NCBI GenBank assembly: GCA_021850705.1
Contig: JAJZKU010000001.1
Location: 157 to 64,156, forward strand
Direction: 5' to 3'
Origin: Candidatus Micrarchaeota archaeon
GTDB lineage: Archaea; Micrarchaeota; Micrarchaeia; Micrarchaeales; CABMGC01
DNA: 64,000 bases
Below, piece after piece: positions 45,695-55,984 of the stretch (position 1 is the first letter of the stretch; every line of letters starts with the position of its first letter). A program made the position numbers and the translations under genes. The notes below the pieces were generated by a model. The model worked only from the letters and a program-made list of their open reading frames with translations, made no database searches and was not told the DNA's origin.

Positions 45695-47350
45695 ATGGCT
45701 GAAAATCAATTAGGCGGACAGCAGTACCTCGTACTGCCTGAAGGAGCAAACAGGCTTCTTGGAAAGGAAGCTCAGAGAACCAACATAGCCGTAGGTTACG
45801 CTGTAGCAAGCATAGTGAAGACTACTCTAGGTCCAAAGGGAATGGACAAGATGCTTGTAAGCGAACTCGGGGACATAGTAATAACGAATGACGGAGCTAC
45901 CATTCTCGAAGAGATGAATGTCGAGCACCCTATAGCAAAGATACTTGTGGAAGTGGCAAAGACGCAGGACAAGGAAGTGGGAGACGGCACGACAACCGCA
46001 GTCATACTGGCAGGAGAACTGCTGAAGAACGCAGGCAATCTTCTTGATCAGGGAGTGCCACCTGCTGCAATAATAAGAGGATACGGGATGGCAGCCTCAA
46101 AAGCCCGCGAGATACTGACATCTATATCGAGCAACGTAACGATAAACGACCAGAAGCAGCTTGAGAAGATAGCAAACATATCAATAGGCTCAAAGAACAT
46201 AGGCGACGATCAGACAATGAAGCACCTGACAGACATAGCGATAAAGGCAGTGAAGCAGGTAGCGACGAAGGAAGGGGACAAGGTAAAGATAGACAAGGAC
46301 TTCATAAAGCTGGAGAAGAAGGAAGGAGGCAGCATAATAGACACAGAGCTGATAAACGGCGTATTAATAGACAAGGAGATAGCCCATCCTGGAATGCCAA
46401 AGAGCGTAAAGAACGCAAACATAGCAATCCTCGATGTAGCTCTAGAGATAGAGAAGACAGAGACAGAAGCAAAGATAGAGATTACATCTCCAGAGCAGAT
46501 GCAGGCCTTCCTTGCACAGGAAGAGAAGATGCTCAAGGAAATGGTCGACAAGATCGCCAAGTCAAAGGCAAACGTGGTCTTTGTCCAGAAGGGCATTGAC
46601 GATGTAGCACAGCACTACCTGTCAAAGGCAGGCATAATGGCAGTGAGGCGCGTGAAGAAGTCGGACATGGAGAAGATATCAAAGGCTACAGGCGCAAGGC
46701 TTGTAACAAGCCTCGATGACCTCAGCTCTGAAGACCTGGGACACGCAGGCGATGTAGAGGAGAGGAAGGTAGGAGGAGAGCAGATGGTCTTCGTGGAGAA
46801 GTGCAAGGATCCTAAGAGCGTAACCATATTCATAAGAGGCTCGACAAAGCAGACTGCTGACGAAGTTGAGAGATCAATAGTAGATGTGATGGGCGCAATA
46901 ACAAGCGCGATAGAGGTAGGCAAGTATGTCACAGGCGGAGGCAGCGCAGAGATAGAGATGGCGATGCAGCTAAGGGAGATGGCAACAGACGTAGGAGGCA
47001 GAGAGCAGCTCGCGATACAGGCTTTTGCAGACGCTACCGAAGTCATACCGAAGGCACTCGCTGACAGTGCAGGCATGGATGCGATAGAGACTCTGGTGCA
47101 GCTGAGAAGCAAGCACAAGGGCAAGAGCGGCAGGAGCTATGGAGTCGACATATTCTCGAACAAGATAAGCGACATGGATCAGCTTGGCGTTATAGAGCCT
47201 ACAAAGGTTAAGTACCAGGCAGTGGCAAGCGCTACCGAGGCAACCGTCTCCATACTAAGGATAGACGACATGATAAGCTCCAAGGGCTCAAGGCCTGCAG
47301 GAGGCCAGGGAGGCATGCCTCCAGGCGCAGGAGGATACGGTGAGGACTAA
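45695..47350 (+). CDS. ths: Thermosome subunit (group II chaperonin)
   Basis: [18 protein letters not shown] and VGDGTTT motifs; GGM-like C-terminal tail; GGTGA Shine-Dalgarno-like sequence 6 nt upstream. Confidence 0.97.
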   Translation: MAENQLGGQQYLVLPEGANRLLGKEAQRTNIAVGYAVASIVKTTLGPKGMDKMLVSELGDIVITNDGATILEEMNVEHPIAKILVEVAKTQDKEVGDGTTTAVILAGELLKNAGNLLDQGVPPAAIIRGYGMAASKAREILTSISSNVTINDQKQLEKIANISIGSKNIGDDQTMKHLTDIAIKAVKQVATKEGDKVKIDKDFIKLEKKEGGSIIDTELINGVLIDKEIAHPGMPKSVKNANIAILDVALEIEKTETEAKIEITSPEQMQAFLAQEEKMLKEMVDKIAKSKANVVFVQKGIDDVAQHYLSKAGIMAVRRVKKSDMEKISKATGARLVTSLDDLSSEDLGHAGDVEERKVGGEQMVFVEKCKDPKSVTIFIRGSTKQTADEVERSIVDVMGAITSAIEVGKYVTGGGSAEIEMAMQLREMATDVGGREQLAIQAFADATEVIPKALADSAGMDAIETLVQLRSKHKGKSGRSYGVDIFSNKISDMDQLGVIEPTKVKYQAVASATEATVSILRIDDMISSKGSRPAGGQGGMPPGAGGYGED

Positions 47351-47364
47351 CCCTCACCGGGAGC

Positions 47365-47949
47365 GTGCTTCAGATGCCTAAGAAAATCTTGATGACCGGA
47401 ACGCCAGGGGCAGGAAAGAGCACCATATTATCCTTATTCAAGAAGAAGGAGAAAAACACCTCCATAACGAACCTCGGCACTGTAATGATGGAAGTGGCAA
47501 AGGAGCAGCGTAAGAACATAAAGGACAGGGACAAGCTAAGGTACATGGACGACCATGACATAACCGAGGTAAGGGAGGAGGCGCTCTCCAGGATAATGTC
47601 CCATAGCAGGAATGCTATAATAGACACTCACTCCTCTGTAAAGCAGGGGAGGAGGTATGTGCCTGGTTTTTCAATGAAGGAGCTCGGCCATATGGATGTA
47701 GATGCTATTATATATGTGGACGCATCATCAGATGATATAATAAAGAGGCGCATGGCCGACAGCACACGGAAAAGAGAGATAGAGGGCCCTTCGGAGATTG
47801 ATGAGCAGAGGAGCATAAACCTCGCCATAATCTCAACCATAGCCCTACATTTAAATATTCCAATATACATATTATATAACAGAGACGGAATGGCCAAAGA
47901 CGTTGCAGATCAGGTAAGAACAATAACAAAGGAGATATTCGGCGAATAG
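47365..47949 (+). CDS. adkA: Archaeal-type adenylate kinase
   Basis: GTPGAGKST P-loop; conserved adk-DUF106-L34e-cmk-L14e neighbourhood. Confidence 0.8.
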   Translation: MLQMPKKILMTGTPGAGKSTILSLFKKKEKNTSITNLGTVMMEVAKEQRKNIKDRDKLRYMDDHDITEVREEALSRIMSHSRNAIIDTHSSVKQGRRYVPGFSMKELGHMDVDAIIYVDASSDDIIKRRMADSTRKREIEGPSEIDEQRSINLAIISTIALHLNIPIYILYNRDGMAKDVADQVRTITKEIFGE

Positions 47950-47950
47950 A

Positions 47951-48439
47951 ATGAGCGTAGTAATATACATCGTGCTGATAGGAATCGCATATGCCATAGG
48001 GGCTATAATGATCCAGAGGAAGCTTGCAGATCCTCTTAAATCCATAGAGACGCAGCTGCTGATGCAGGAAAAGCTCAAGGAGATAAAGACTCTTGCAACT
48101 ACTGACAAGGAAGCATACAACCAGAAGCAGCAGGAGGTTTCAAAGATGATGATGGACAACATGAAGAAGCAGTTCAAGCCTATGATAGTCACATTCCCGC
48201 TCTTTCTAGGTGTATTCTACCTGCTGATGCCATACCTATTCAGCGGCTTCGGATCAACTACGCCTGCAATCACACTACTATCGATGCCATTAACATACTC
48301 GCAGTTCTTCATACTCCTGATCTTCATAATAGGAATGATAGTCTCGCTCTCATTATCGAGCAGGGACAAGAAGATAGTCAGGAGGAGAATGGCAGAGAGT
48401 AACGGGCAAAACAATAATAATGTTAACTACTCCCAATAA
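47951..48439 (+). CDS. DUF106 / EMC3-Oxa1-like membrane insertase homologue
   Basis: TM1, then a basic coiled-coil (QEKLKEIK...QQEVSKMMMDNMKKQFKP), then 2 TM; canonical position after adk. Confidence 0.6.
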   Translation: MSVVIYIVLIGIAYAIGAIMIQRKLADPLKSIETQLLMQEKLKEIKTLATTDKEAYNQKQQEVSKMMMDNMKKQFKPMIVTFPLFLGVFYLLMPYLFSGFGSTTPAITLLSMPLTYSQFFILLIFIIGMIVSLSLSSRDKKIVRRRMAESNGQNNNNVNYSQ

Positions 48440-48471
48440 AGTACAAAATATGAATACTCAGAAGTGATACT

Positions 48472-48798
48472 ATGCCAAAACCAATGCACAGATCAAGAAG
48501 CTTCAGGCGCCTGGACAGGGTAACCCCAAAGAACAGGCACGTAATACACTACAAAAGGAAGGAAGGCTCTTTTCCTCATTGTGCAATATGCAAGAATGAG
48601 CTGAACGGCATACCAAGGGCCACGCAGGGCAAGAGCAAGAGCGCAAAGACAAACGCAAGGCTCTTCGGAGGCGTGCTATGCTCGAAATGCTCAAGCAACG
48701 TGATAAAGCTCGCAAGCAGGATAGAGAACGGAGAGATGAAGATAAACGATATAGGGATGCGCGAGAAGAACTACGTCCTGCAGATGATATCGCACTGA
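48472..48798 (+). CDS. rpl34e: Ribosomal protein L34e (eL34)
   Basis: RSRSFRRLDRVTPKNRHVIHYKRK and C..C...C..C pattern. Confidence 0.85.
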   Translation: MPKPMHRSRSFRRLDRVTPKNRHVIHYKRKEGSFPHCAICKNELNGIPRATQGKSKSAKTNARLFGGVLCSKCSSNVIKLASRIENGEMKINDIGMREKNYVLQMISH

Positions 48799-48814
48799 AC
48801 CATCAGCGGATATT

Positions 48815-49375
48815 ATGGAAGCAATTATACTATCAGGGGAGCCTGCGGCAGGCAAGACTACAGTTGCAAGGCTACTTGCGGACAAGCTAAACCTGAAGAT
48901 GATTGGCGGAGGAGACATACTCAAGGAGCTTGCAGCCAAGCACGGCTACAAACCTTCAGGCGCAGAGTGGTGGGATACTGAAGACGGGATAAGATTCCTC
49001 AAGGAGAGGGAGAAAGACCCGGAATTCGACATAGAAGCGGACAGGATAATGAAGGAGAAGGTAGAAAAGGGCAACATCATACTAACAAGCTACACCGCTC
49101 CATGGATATCCAAAAAGGGCTTCAAGGTATGGCTGCACTGCAGCGCCTCAAAAAGGGCCAAGCGCATGTCAAAAAGGGATCATTCGTCAATGGAGGAGAG
49201 CGAGAACGCTGTGATAGTCAGGGACAAGGAGAACTATGCGCTTTACAAAGAGCTCTATAATATAGAATTCGGAAAGGATCTGAGCCCGTTCAACATGATA
49301 ATAGACACAGAGGACAGGAGCCCTGAGGCTATAGCGGAAATGATACTGAAAGAGTACAACAAAGCAAACAAATAA
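48815..49375 (+). CDS. cmk: Archaeal-type cytidylate kinase
   Basis: ILSGEPAAGKTTVARLLADKL P-loop; conserved position. Confidence 0.8.
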   Translation: MEAIILSGEPAAGKTTVARLLADKLNLKMIGGGDILKELAAKHGYKPSGAEWWDTEDGIRFLKEREKDPEFDIEADRIMKEKVEKGNIILTSYTAPWISKKGFKVWLHCSASKRAKRMSKRDHSSMEESENAVIVRDKENYALYKELYNIEFGKDLSPFNMIIDTEDRSPEAIAEMILKEYNKANK

Positions 49376-49425
49376 AAGAGTTAACTGGCATAAAAAAGTG
49401 CTCGTTTTAAGCTTAAGTGATATAT

Positions 49426-49683
49426 ATGGCACTAATTGAAGAAGGCAGAATATGCATAAAGAAGTTCGGAAGAGATGCAGGCAGCAAGGCCGCAATAACA
49501 AAGGTAGTAGACGACAAATTCGTAATGGTAGTAACCTCGATAAGGCCTAAGGAGAGGAAGTGCAATGTTGCACATCTTGAATACCTTCCTGAGAAGATAG
49601 ACACGAAGAACAAGGCGCAGCTTGCAAAGAGCCTTGACATAGAAGAGTCAAAGCTTAAAGAGGAGTCAAAGCCTAAAAAATAA
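49426..49683 (+). CDS. rpl14e: Ribosomal protein L14e (eL14)
   Basis: KOW-like IEEGRICIKKFGRDAGSKAAI. Confidence 0.8.
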   Translation: MALIEEGRICIKKFGRDAGSKAAITKVVDDKFVMVVTSIRPKERKCNVAHLEYLPEKIDTKNKAQLAKSLDIEESKLKEESKPKK

Positions 49684-49768
49684 GGTCTTTTACAAACCTT
49701 AGGCACAAGGCTGCAAAAGGTATAAAAGAAGCTTCGGCTAATCCATACTGCTAATCATAGGGGAGAGT

Positions 49769-51274
49769 ATGGCTGAGGTCGTAACAGAGCTTGCAAAGAG
49801 ACTAAACGGGATAGCTATAATCAGCTCTGACCTCGAAGCTACCGACCTCAATGGCACAGATATAGAATCGGTGACTGCACATATAGTCAGCTTCTTCAAG
49901 GACGCAAAAGGTCCGAGGATTCTCAACAAACAGGTTCTAGACCAGATAATGCAGAGCCATGTTCCCGAAGCTATCGTCAGGGAACAGGTAATACAAAGAC
50001 CTCGGATAACGCCTATTACACAGCACAACTTCTCAATACGAAACCTTGAAGTAAAGAAGACAGGAGCAAAAGCATCTGATTTTGCAGAATATTTCAACAA
50101 CAGGCTGGACAGGCTGAAGACAATGATACTCGAAGGCAGGAATGTTAAGTTCACCGAGGTTCTCAAGAACATAGAGTCCATAAAACAACTAATGAATGGC
50201 AGAGAGCTAGGGATAATAGGGATGGTATATGATAAGATTACCACAAAGAATGGTCATATACTGGTAACCATAGAGGATTCTACAGGCACAGCAAAGGTTC
50301 TCTTCCTCAAGCCTTCAAAAGAGAGTTCAAAGGAGCAGATGCGCCTCTTTGCAGATGCGGAAAAGCTTCTTGTCGATGAAGTTGTTGGGATACGAGGAAG
50401 AATATCAAATCCTTTCATAATGGCAAACACTATGATAAGGCCTGACATACCGATAAAACAGAGGAAGCGCACCGAAGAGGACATGGCAATAGCTTTTATG
50501 TCCGATGTACATGCTGGATCAAAGCTCTTCATGGAAAAGCAGTTCAGGAGCTTCATAAAGTGGATAAACCTATCTGCAAACTACAAGCAGGATCTTGCGG
50601 AGAAGGTAAAGTACATAGTCGTAGGAGGCGATCTTGTAGACGGCATAGGTGTCTATCCCAACCAGGAAACCGAACTTAACATAGAGAGCATATACAGGCA
50701 GTATAACTTCCTGTTCGAGCTTTTTGCCGAGATCCCTGAGAACATAGAGATATTTATGCTTCCCGGGAACCATGACGCTATGCAGAGAGCAGAACCACAG
50801 CCTCCTCTTGCAGAAGAGTTCCTGAAGGAGATGAAGTTCAAGAATATACACATGATGTCAAGTCCAGGCTATGTCACGCTTGACGGGATAAAGATACTCT
50901 CATACCACGGAACCTCTCTCGATTCTGTCATTCACGGAATAAAGGGACTGAGCTACTCAAAGCCTGAAGATGCAATGCTAGAAGTACTTAAGCGCAGGCA
51001 CCTCTCTCCAGTATACGGTCACAATCCAATCGTTCCTTCATCTACCGACCAGATGATAATGGACCAGGTGCCCGACATACTGCACATGGGACACCTTCAT
51101 AAGAATGGAAACACGGACTACCACGGTACCCTGATAGTCAACAGCGGGACATGGCAGGCAAGGACGTCGTACCAGATAAAGCTGGGGCATATGCCCACCC
51201 CTGCGGTTCTCCCTATATACAACACGAAGACCATGGAGCTCTTCAATGTGGATTTCAATCTGATAAATGATTAG
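49769..51274 (+). CDS. DNA polymerase II (PolD) small subunit DP1
   Basis: OB domain plus calcineurin-like phosphoesterase motifs (SDVHAGS, GGDLVDG, LPGNHD, GHLH). Confidence 0.93.
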   Translation: MAEVVTELAKRLNGIAIISSDLEATDLNGTDIESVTAHIVSFFKDAKGPRILNKQVLDQIMQSHVPEAIVREQVIQRPRITPITQHNFSIRNLEVKKTGAKASDFAEYFNNRLDRLKTMILEGRNVKFTEVLKNIESIKQLMNGRELGIIGMVYDKITTKNGHILVTIEDSTGTAKVLFLKPSKESSKEQMRLFADAEKLLVDEVVGIRGRISNPFIMANTMIRPDIPIKQRKRTEEDMAIAFMSDVHAGSKLFMEKQFRSFIKWINLSANYKQDLAEKVKYIVVGGDLVDGIGVYPNQETELNIESIYRQYNFLFELFAEIPENIEIFMLPGNHDAMQRAEPQPPLAEEFLKEMKFKNIHMMSSPGYVTLDGIKILSYHGTSLDSVIHGIKGLSYSKPEDAMLEVLKRRHLSPVYGHNPIVPSSTDQMIMDQVPDILHMGHLHKNGNTDYHGTLIVNSGTWQARTSYQIKLGHMPTPAVLPIYNTKTMELFNVDFNLIND

Positions 51275-54200
51275 CATGGACATAGACTCTTATTTCAATA
51301 AAATCCAGGAAGAATTCAACACAGCTTATGCTGTTGCTTCAGAGGCACGCTCCAAAGGATACGATCCCAAGCCATACGTGGAGATAAGACCTGCTCCGGA
51401 CCTTGCAAGCAGGGTGGAGGGACTGATAAACGTTGAAGGGCTATCGGACATAATACGGGCTGTGGAAAAAGGGCAGTCAAGGAACAAGCTTGCATTTGAC
51501 GTGGCAAAAGAGATATGCACAAACGAACGCTTCTCAAATCGCGAGGAGCTTAAGAGGATAGAGCTTGCAGTGAGAGTAGGGGTAGCAGTGCTGACAGAGG
51601 GCATTCTTGTCGCACCTACCGAAGGGATAAGCAGCTTTGCAAAGTATAAGAACAGGGATGGCACTGATTACCTATGCATCTGCTATGCCGGCCCTATAAG
51701 AGGCGCAGGCGGAACATCTGCGGCACTCTCCGTAGCACTTGCTGACCACTGCAGAAGAATATTCAACATAAGCGACTACAAACCCACTGAGGATGAGATA
51801 GAGCGATATATGGAAGAGATAGAGCTCTACCATGACAGGATAGCAAGGCTCCAGTACAAGCCTCCTGAACAGGACGTCAGAGAGATACTGAGGAACTGCC
51901 CGGTCTGCATAGACGGCATGCCTCCAGGCATTCTAGAAGTGGGAGTACATGCAAACATGAAAAGAACCCTGTCAAACGGCAAGGAAGTTCCGATAACAAA
52001 CAAAGTAAGGGGTGGAGTTCCTCTGGTCGTGTGCGAAGGAATAGCCCAGAAGGCAAAGAAAATGCTAAAAGAGACAAAGTCCGTAGGGCTGAACTGGGAT
52101 TGGCTAAACAACATAATAAAAGTAGAGGTAAAGAAGACAGAGCCAAAGGATTCAAAAGCAGTATTTCTCGAGGAAATAGTGGCCGGCCGTCCAATACTCG
52201 CGTATCCTGGCATGACGGGTGGATTCAGGCTAAGGTACGGCAGGTCAAGATTCACAGGCATAGCAGCAAAAGGAGTCAGCCCTGCAACCATGATAATACT
52301 AAAGAGTTTCATCGCTACCGGGACTCAGATGAAAGTAGAATTCCCAGGAAAGGGCTGCGTAGCCGCTCCTGTAGACTCTATAGAAGGCCCATTCGTAACT
52401 CTAAAGGATGGCACAGCACTCAGGATAAACGATGCGGAGACTGCAGAGAGACTCAAGGGTCAGATAAATGAGATAATAAATGTAGGAGACATTCTTGTCA
52501 CATATGGCGACTTCAAGAAATCAAATACGCAGCTAAAAACTCCTAGCTATACAGAGGAGCTGTGGGAGTTGGAGCTAAGGGAAAAGCAACCAGATATCAA
52601 GGTTGACCATGCTTCTATTACTTTCGAAGAGGCAAGGTCCATTTCTGCCAGGCATTCCATACCTATCCACCCCAAGTTCCTGTTCGAATTCCAGTCCATA
52701 TCTGCACAAGAGTTGGACTATCTGAGGGAGTATATAAGGAACAACAAAGCAGAGGATCTTGAGACTAATAAAAAGATAAAATCAGACAACAAAGCAAAGA
52801 GGATACTCGAGCTGCTTAATGTATCACATACTATAAATGGAGACCATCTGGTAACTGAAAAGGGATTATGGGATGCGCTTCTTGCCTCTATAAACGTCGA
52901 TAAAGAAGGATCGGCGAGTCCTGAAACCGATACGTTAGAATACGTAAACAAGTTAAGCGAATTCAAGATACCTAGAAGGTCGACCTTTGTAGGTGCAAGG
53001 ATAGGGCGACCAGAGAAGGCAAAAGAGAGATTGATGAAACCAGCGCCAAATATCCTCTTCCCGCTTGGATCATACGGTGGCAGGGACAGGAACATCTCCA
53101 GCGCATATTCAAATGACATGAAGAAATTCAAGCACCAGATGTCAGTGGAAATAGCGAGATACCGGTGCAGCAGCTGCAAGAGGATAATAGATACTCCGTA
53201 CTGCTATGACTGTTCAAGGCATGCGTACGTGGAGAAGATATGCCCCATATGTTCCTCTACGGTAGAAGACATTTGTCCAAGATGCGAGGTTCACGGTGTC
53301 GGATATTACCCGAGGGAGATAGACCTTACCAAACTTGTGACCAACGCTATGGCAAAGCTGGGGATAAATAAGATGCCGAAGGTGCTTAAGGGAATAAAAG
53401 GCATGGTGAATGCAAACAAGTACACCGAGCCTATGGAAAAAGGAATCTTAAGGGCATTTCACAATATCTACATATTCAAGGACGGCACGTCAAGGTTTGA
53501 CGCTACAGACATGCCGATAACTCACTTCTATCCTGTTGAGCTTGGAATAACTGTCGAGACAGCGAGGCAGCTGGGCTATACAAAGGATTATCTGGGCAAC
53601 GAGCTTATCGAAGATACGCAGCTGGTAGAGATGATGCACCAGGATGTGATACTAAACAGGAGAGGGGCAGACTATCTTCTCAAGACTGCAAGATTCGTCG
53701 ATGAACTGCTTGAAAGATTCTACGGACTAAAGCCGTTCTATAACGCCACTACCATAAACGACCTGGTAGGCAAACTGGTCATAACACTTTCACCCCACAC
53801 ATCGTGCGGAGTAACAAACAGGATAATCGGATTCACAGACGCAAATGTCGGTTTTGCTCACCCATATGTCATATGCGCAAGAAGGAGGAACTGCGACGGA
53901 GACGAAGATTCCACAATGCTTCTCCTAGACGCACTGATAAACTTCTCAAGAGAGTACCATCCAAGCAGCACTGGCGGCACCATGGACATCCCGATAATTC
54001 TTACCGTAAATGTAAAGCCTGAGGAAGTGGATGACGAAGTGCACGCAATGGAGTGTGTCGCAAGCTACCCTCTCGAATTCTACAGGAAGGCATACGAGAG
54101 AGTCTCCCCTTCAGAAGCAAAGTTGGAGATAGTGGAGAACAGGCTCGGATCCAAGAGCATATATTCGAATATAATGTTTACACACCATACTTCATACGCT

Positions 54201-54662
54201 GCCGTAAACGTTTCACCGAAGCGTTCAAGCTATACTCAGTTCAAGACTATGGGAGAGAAGCTGGATGCAGAGTTCAACCTTATGGACATGATACATGCTG
54301 TTGACAAGAAAAATGCTGCGCGGAAGGTAATAACAGGGCACTTCATACCTGACCTTATAGGCAATCTCCATTCGTTCTCAAGGCAGATCTTCAGATGCTC
54401 ATCGTGCAACACAAAGTACAGGCGCATCCCATTGTCTGGAAAATGCACGAAAGACGGCGGCAAGCTCCTTCTTACAATATCAAAAGGAGGTATTGAAAAA
54501 TATCTGGAGATGGCGATAAATCTTGCAGACAAGTATGATCTTGACGATTACATAAAGCAGAGGCTTTACCTTACAAAGGAGGAGATAAACAGCATATTCT
54601 CAAGCGAAGAACCAGTAAAGGAAGGCACGGAAGGCCAGTTCAACCTTCTTAGCTATGTCTAA
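51267..54662 (+). CDS. DNA polymerase II (PolD) large subunit DP2
   Basis: 1131 aa with RIGRPEKAKERLMKPAPN and multiple Cys4 clusters; overlaps the DP1 stop; the size argues against an intein. Confidence 0.95.
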   Translation: MISMDIDSYFNKIQEEFNTAYAVASEARSKGYDPKPYVEIRPAPDLASRVEGLINVEGLSDIIRAVEKGQSRNKLAFDVAKEICTNERFSNREELKRIELAVRVGVAVLTEGILVAPTEGISSFAKYKNRDGTDYLCICYAGPIRGAGGTSAALSVALADHCRRIFNISDYKPTEDEIERYMEEIELYHDRIARLQYKPPEQDVREILRNCPVCIDGMPPGILEVGVHANMKRTLSNGKEVPITNKVRGGVPLVVCEGIAQKAKKMLKETKSVGLNWDWLNNIIKVEVKKTEPKDSKAVFLEEIVAGRPILAYPGMTGGFRLRYGRSRFTGIAAKGVSPATMIILKSFIATGTQMKVEFPGKGCVAAPVDSIEGPFVTLKDGTALRINDAETAERLKGQINEIINVGDILVTYGDFKKSNTQLKTPSYTEELWELELREKQPDIKVDHASITFEEARSISARHSIPIHPKFLFEFQSISAQELDYLREYIRNNKAEDLETNKKIKSDNKAKRILELLNVSHTINGDHLVTEKGLWDALLASINVDKEGSASPETDTLEYVNKLSEFKIPRRSTFVGARIGRPEKAKERLMKPAPNILFPLGSYGGRDRNISSAYSNDMKKFKHQMSVEIARYRCSSCKRIIDTPYCYDCSRHAYVEKICPICSSTVEDICPRCEVHGVGYYPREIDLTKLVTNAMAKLGINKMPKVLKGIKGMVNANKYTEPMEKGILRAFHNIYIFKDGTSRFDATDMPITHFYPVELGITVETARQLGYTKDYLGNELIEDTQLVEMMHQDVILNRRGADYLLKTARFVDELLERFYGLKPFYNATTINDLVGKLVITLSPHTSCGVTNRIIGFTDANVGFAHPYVICARRRNCDGDEDSTMLLLDALINFSREYHPSSTGGTMDIPIILTVNVKPEEVDDEVHAMECVASYPLEFYRKAYERVSPSEAKLEIVENRLGSKSIYSNIMFTHHTSYAAVNVSPKRSSYTQFKTMGEKLDAEFNLMDMIHAVDKKNAARKVITGHFIPDLIGNLHSFSRQIFRCSSCNTKYRRIPLSGKCTKDGGKLLLTISKGGIEKYLEMAINLADKYDLDDYIKQRLYLTKEEINSIFSSEEPVKEGTEGQFNLLSYV

Positions 54663-54664
54663 TA

Positions 54665-55948
54665 CTATTCCAGCATCTGCTTCTTACTCTTGTCTGTATC
54701 AATTCCTAATTTAACCACTCCCTTATGTATGACTATCGATTTCACATTATATGACCACTCTGCCGTCTGCCAATCCGTAAGTTTGCTTGTCTCCATAGGA
54801 ATTAATTTTCCGTTATCACTTTCATACAATCCAAGATTGCCACTGAGTTTCTGCGCATATACAAACTCTCCATTTGCAAATCCGTCAATAGTAAGCCCCG
54901 CATCATAAATTTTGCTAAATCCAATCTTGGCACCTACTACTGTTCCTCTAGCGTGATACGTTACCCTGTCAAAAACTGCCTCTTCTTTCCAATCAACCAC
55001 GCCATCTTTTTCTATAGGTGCATAACCAAAACTTATTTCCACTTCATGCGGGCTTTTAACCGCTGTTCTAATATCAAGTGCAAGGTGTACCGCTTCTGTT
55101 GGCATATCTATATGTTTAGTGTAGTGATAAGTGTCATTTCCATTCATATCCGTAACAGTCTTCCCTTTGCCCTTTATGTTATCGATCACATCTACAGGCT
55201 TTTCCTCCTCCTTAGCAAGATCTCTCGATCGCCAAGGAAGTATGGAATCAGTATTCAATACCTGTCGGCGCCTAATTTCCTCTTTTGCAATACGTACCGT
55301 CCCGTGGTATATCTCAGAAGTAATCTCTACTTTCCCTTTATCAGAGCTGAACACGTCCTGTAACCACAGCACCTCCCCATGAACAGAGGAATCTGTTTTA
55401 TTTTTGGTCAGTATGCCTAAGTTAACGTTAAGCTGAACTGACCACGAATCTTTCACTCCGTACAAACGCCCATCTGTTTTTTTGTAAGAATTGCCATCAA
55501 TTTTATTGATATTCACTTTAGCTACTACTCTATCCGTAAGTAAACCACTGGTAGCAGCTTCACCTACAGCTTGGTGTTTTCTATTCATTTCCGGAAGTAT
55601 TGCCTTTTCAACTAAGATTTCCTGCTGTTCATTAATAAGTTCTCGACTTAGTGGCATAATATAATTATTGATGGCCACTCCGCTAAAAATTATCACTGCA
55701 GAACTAATACCTACTAACGTATTATAAACTCTGTCAGAAGTCCTGCCAACTTTATCTATAAATTCTTTAGCCCCTGGGCTATTGGGTTGTTTATGTGTGC
55801 CGTTATCCTGTCCGTATGCATCCTTTACACGTTCAGAAACGTGACCTACATGCTCTTTGAACTCTTCCGCAGAGCCTATGCTCTTCTTATCATCTTTCGT
55901 ACCGGCCCCAGTCCTGTTCCTGTGTTTTATCATCCTGCCACTAAACAA
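54665..55948 (-). CDS. Membrane-anchored thermopsin-like (peptidase A5-like) protein
   Basis: SVQLNVNLGIL...GEVLWLQDVF resembles the thermopsin LQFNIVL...YAYWLQDV core from memory; N-terminal basic region plus one TM. Confidence 0.4.
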   Translation of the reverse strand: MFSGRMIKHRNRTGAGTKDDKKSIGSAEEFKEHVGHVSERVKDAYGQDNGTHKQPNSPGAKEFIDKVGRTSDRVYNTLVGISSAVIIFSGVAINNYIMPLSRELINEQQEILVEKAILPEMNRKHQAVGEAATSGLLTDRVVAKVNINKIDGNSYKKTDGRLYGVKDSWSVQLNVNLGILTKNKTDSSVHGEVLWLQDVFSSDKGKVEITSEIYHGTVRIAKEEIRRRQVLNTDSILPWRSRDLAKEEEKPVDVIDNIKGKGKTVTDMNGNDTYHYTKHIDMPTEAVHLALDIRTAVKSPHEVEISFGYAPIEKDGVVDWKEEAVFDRVTYHARGTVVGAKIGFSKIYDAGLTIDGFANGEFVYAQKLSGNLGLYESDNGKLIPMETSKLTDWQTAEWSYNVKSIVIHKGVVKLGIDTDKSKKQMLE

Positions 55949-55984
55949 CTATGGCTGATTATGATATTAAAAGATTTGCAGAGT

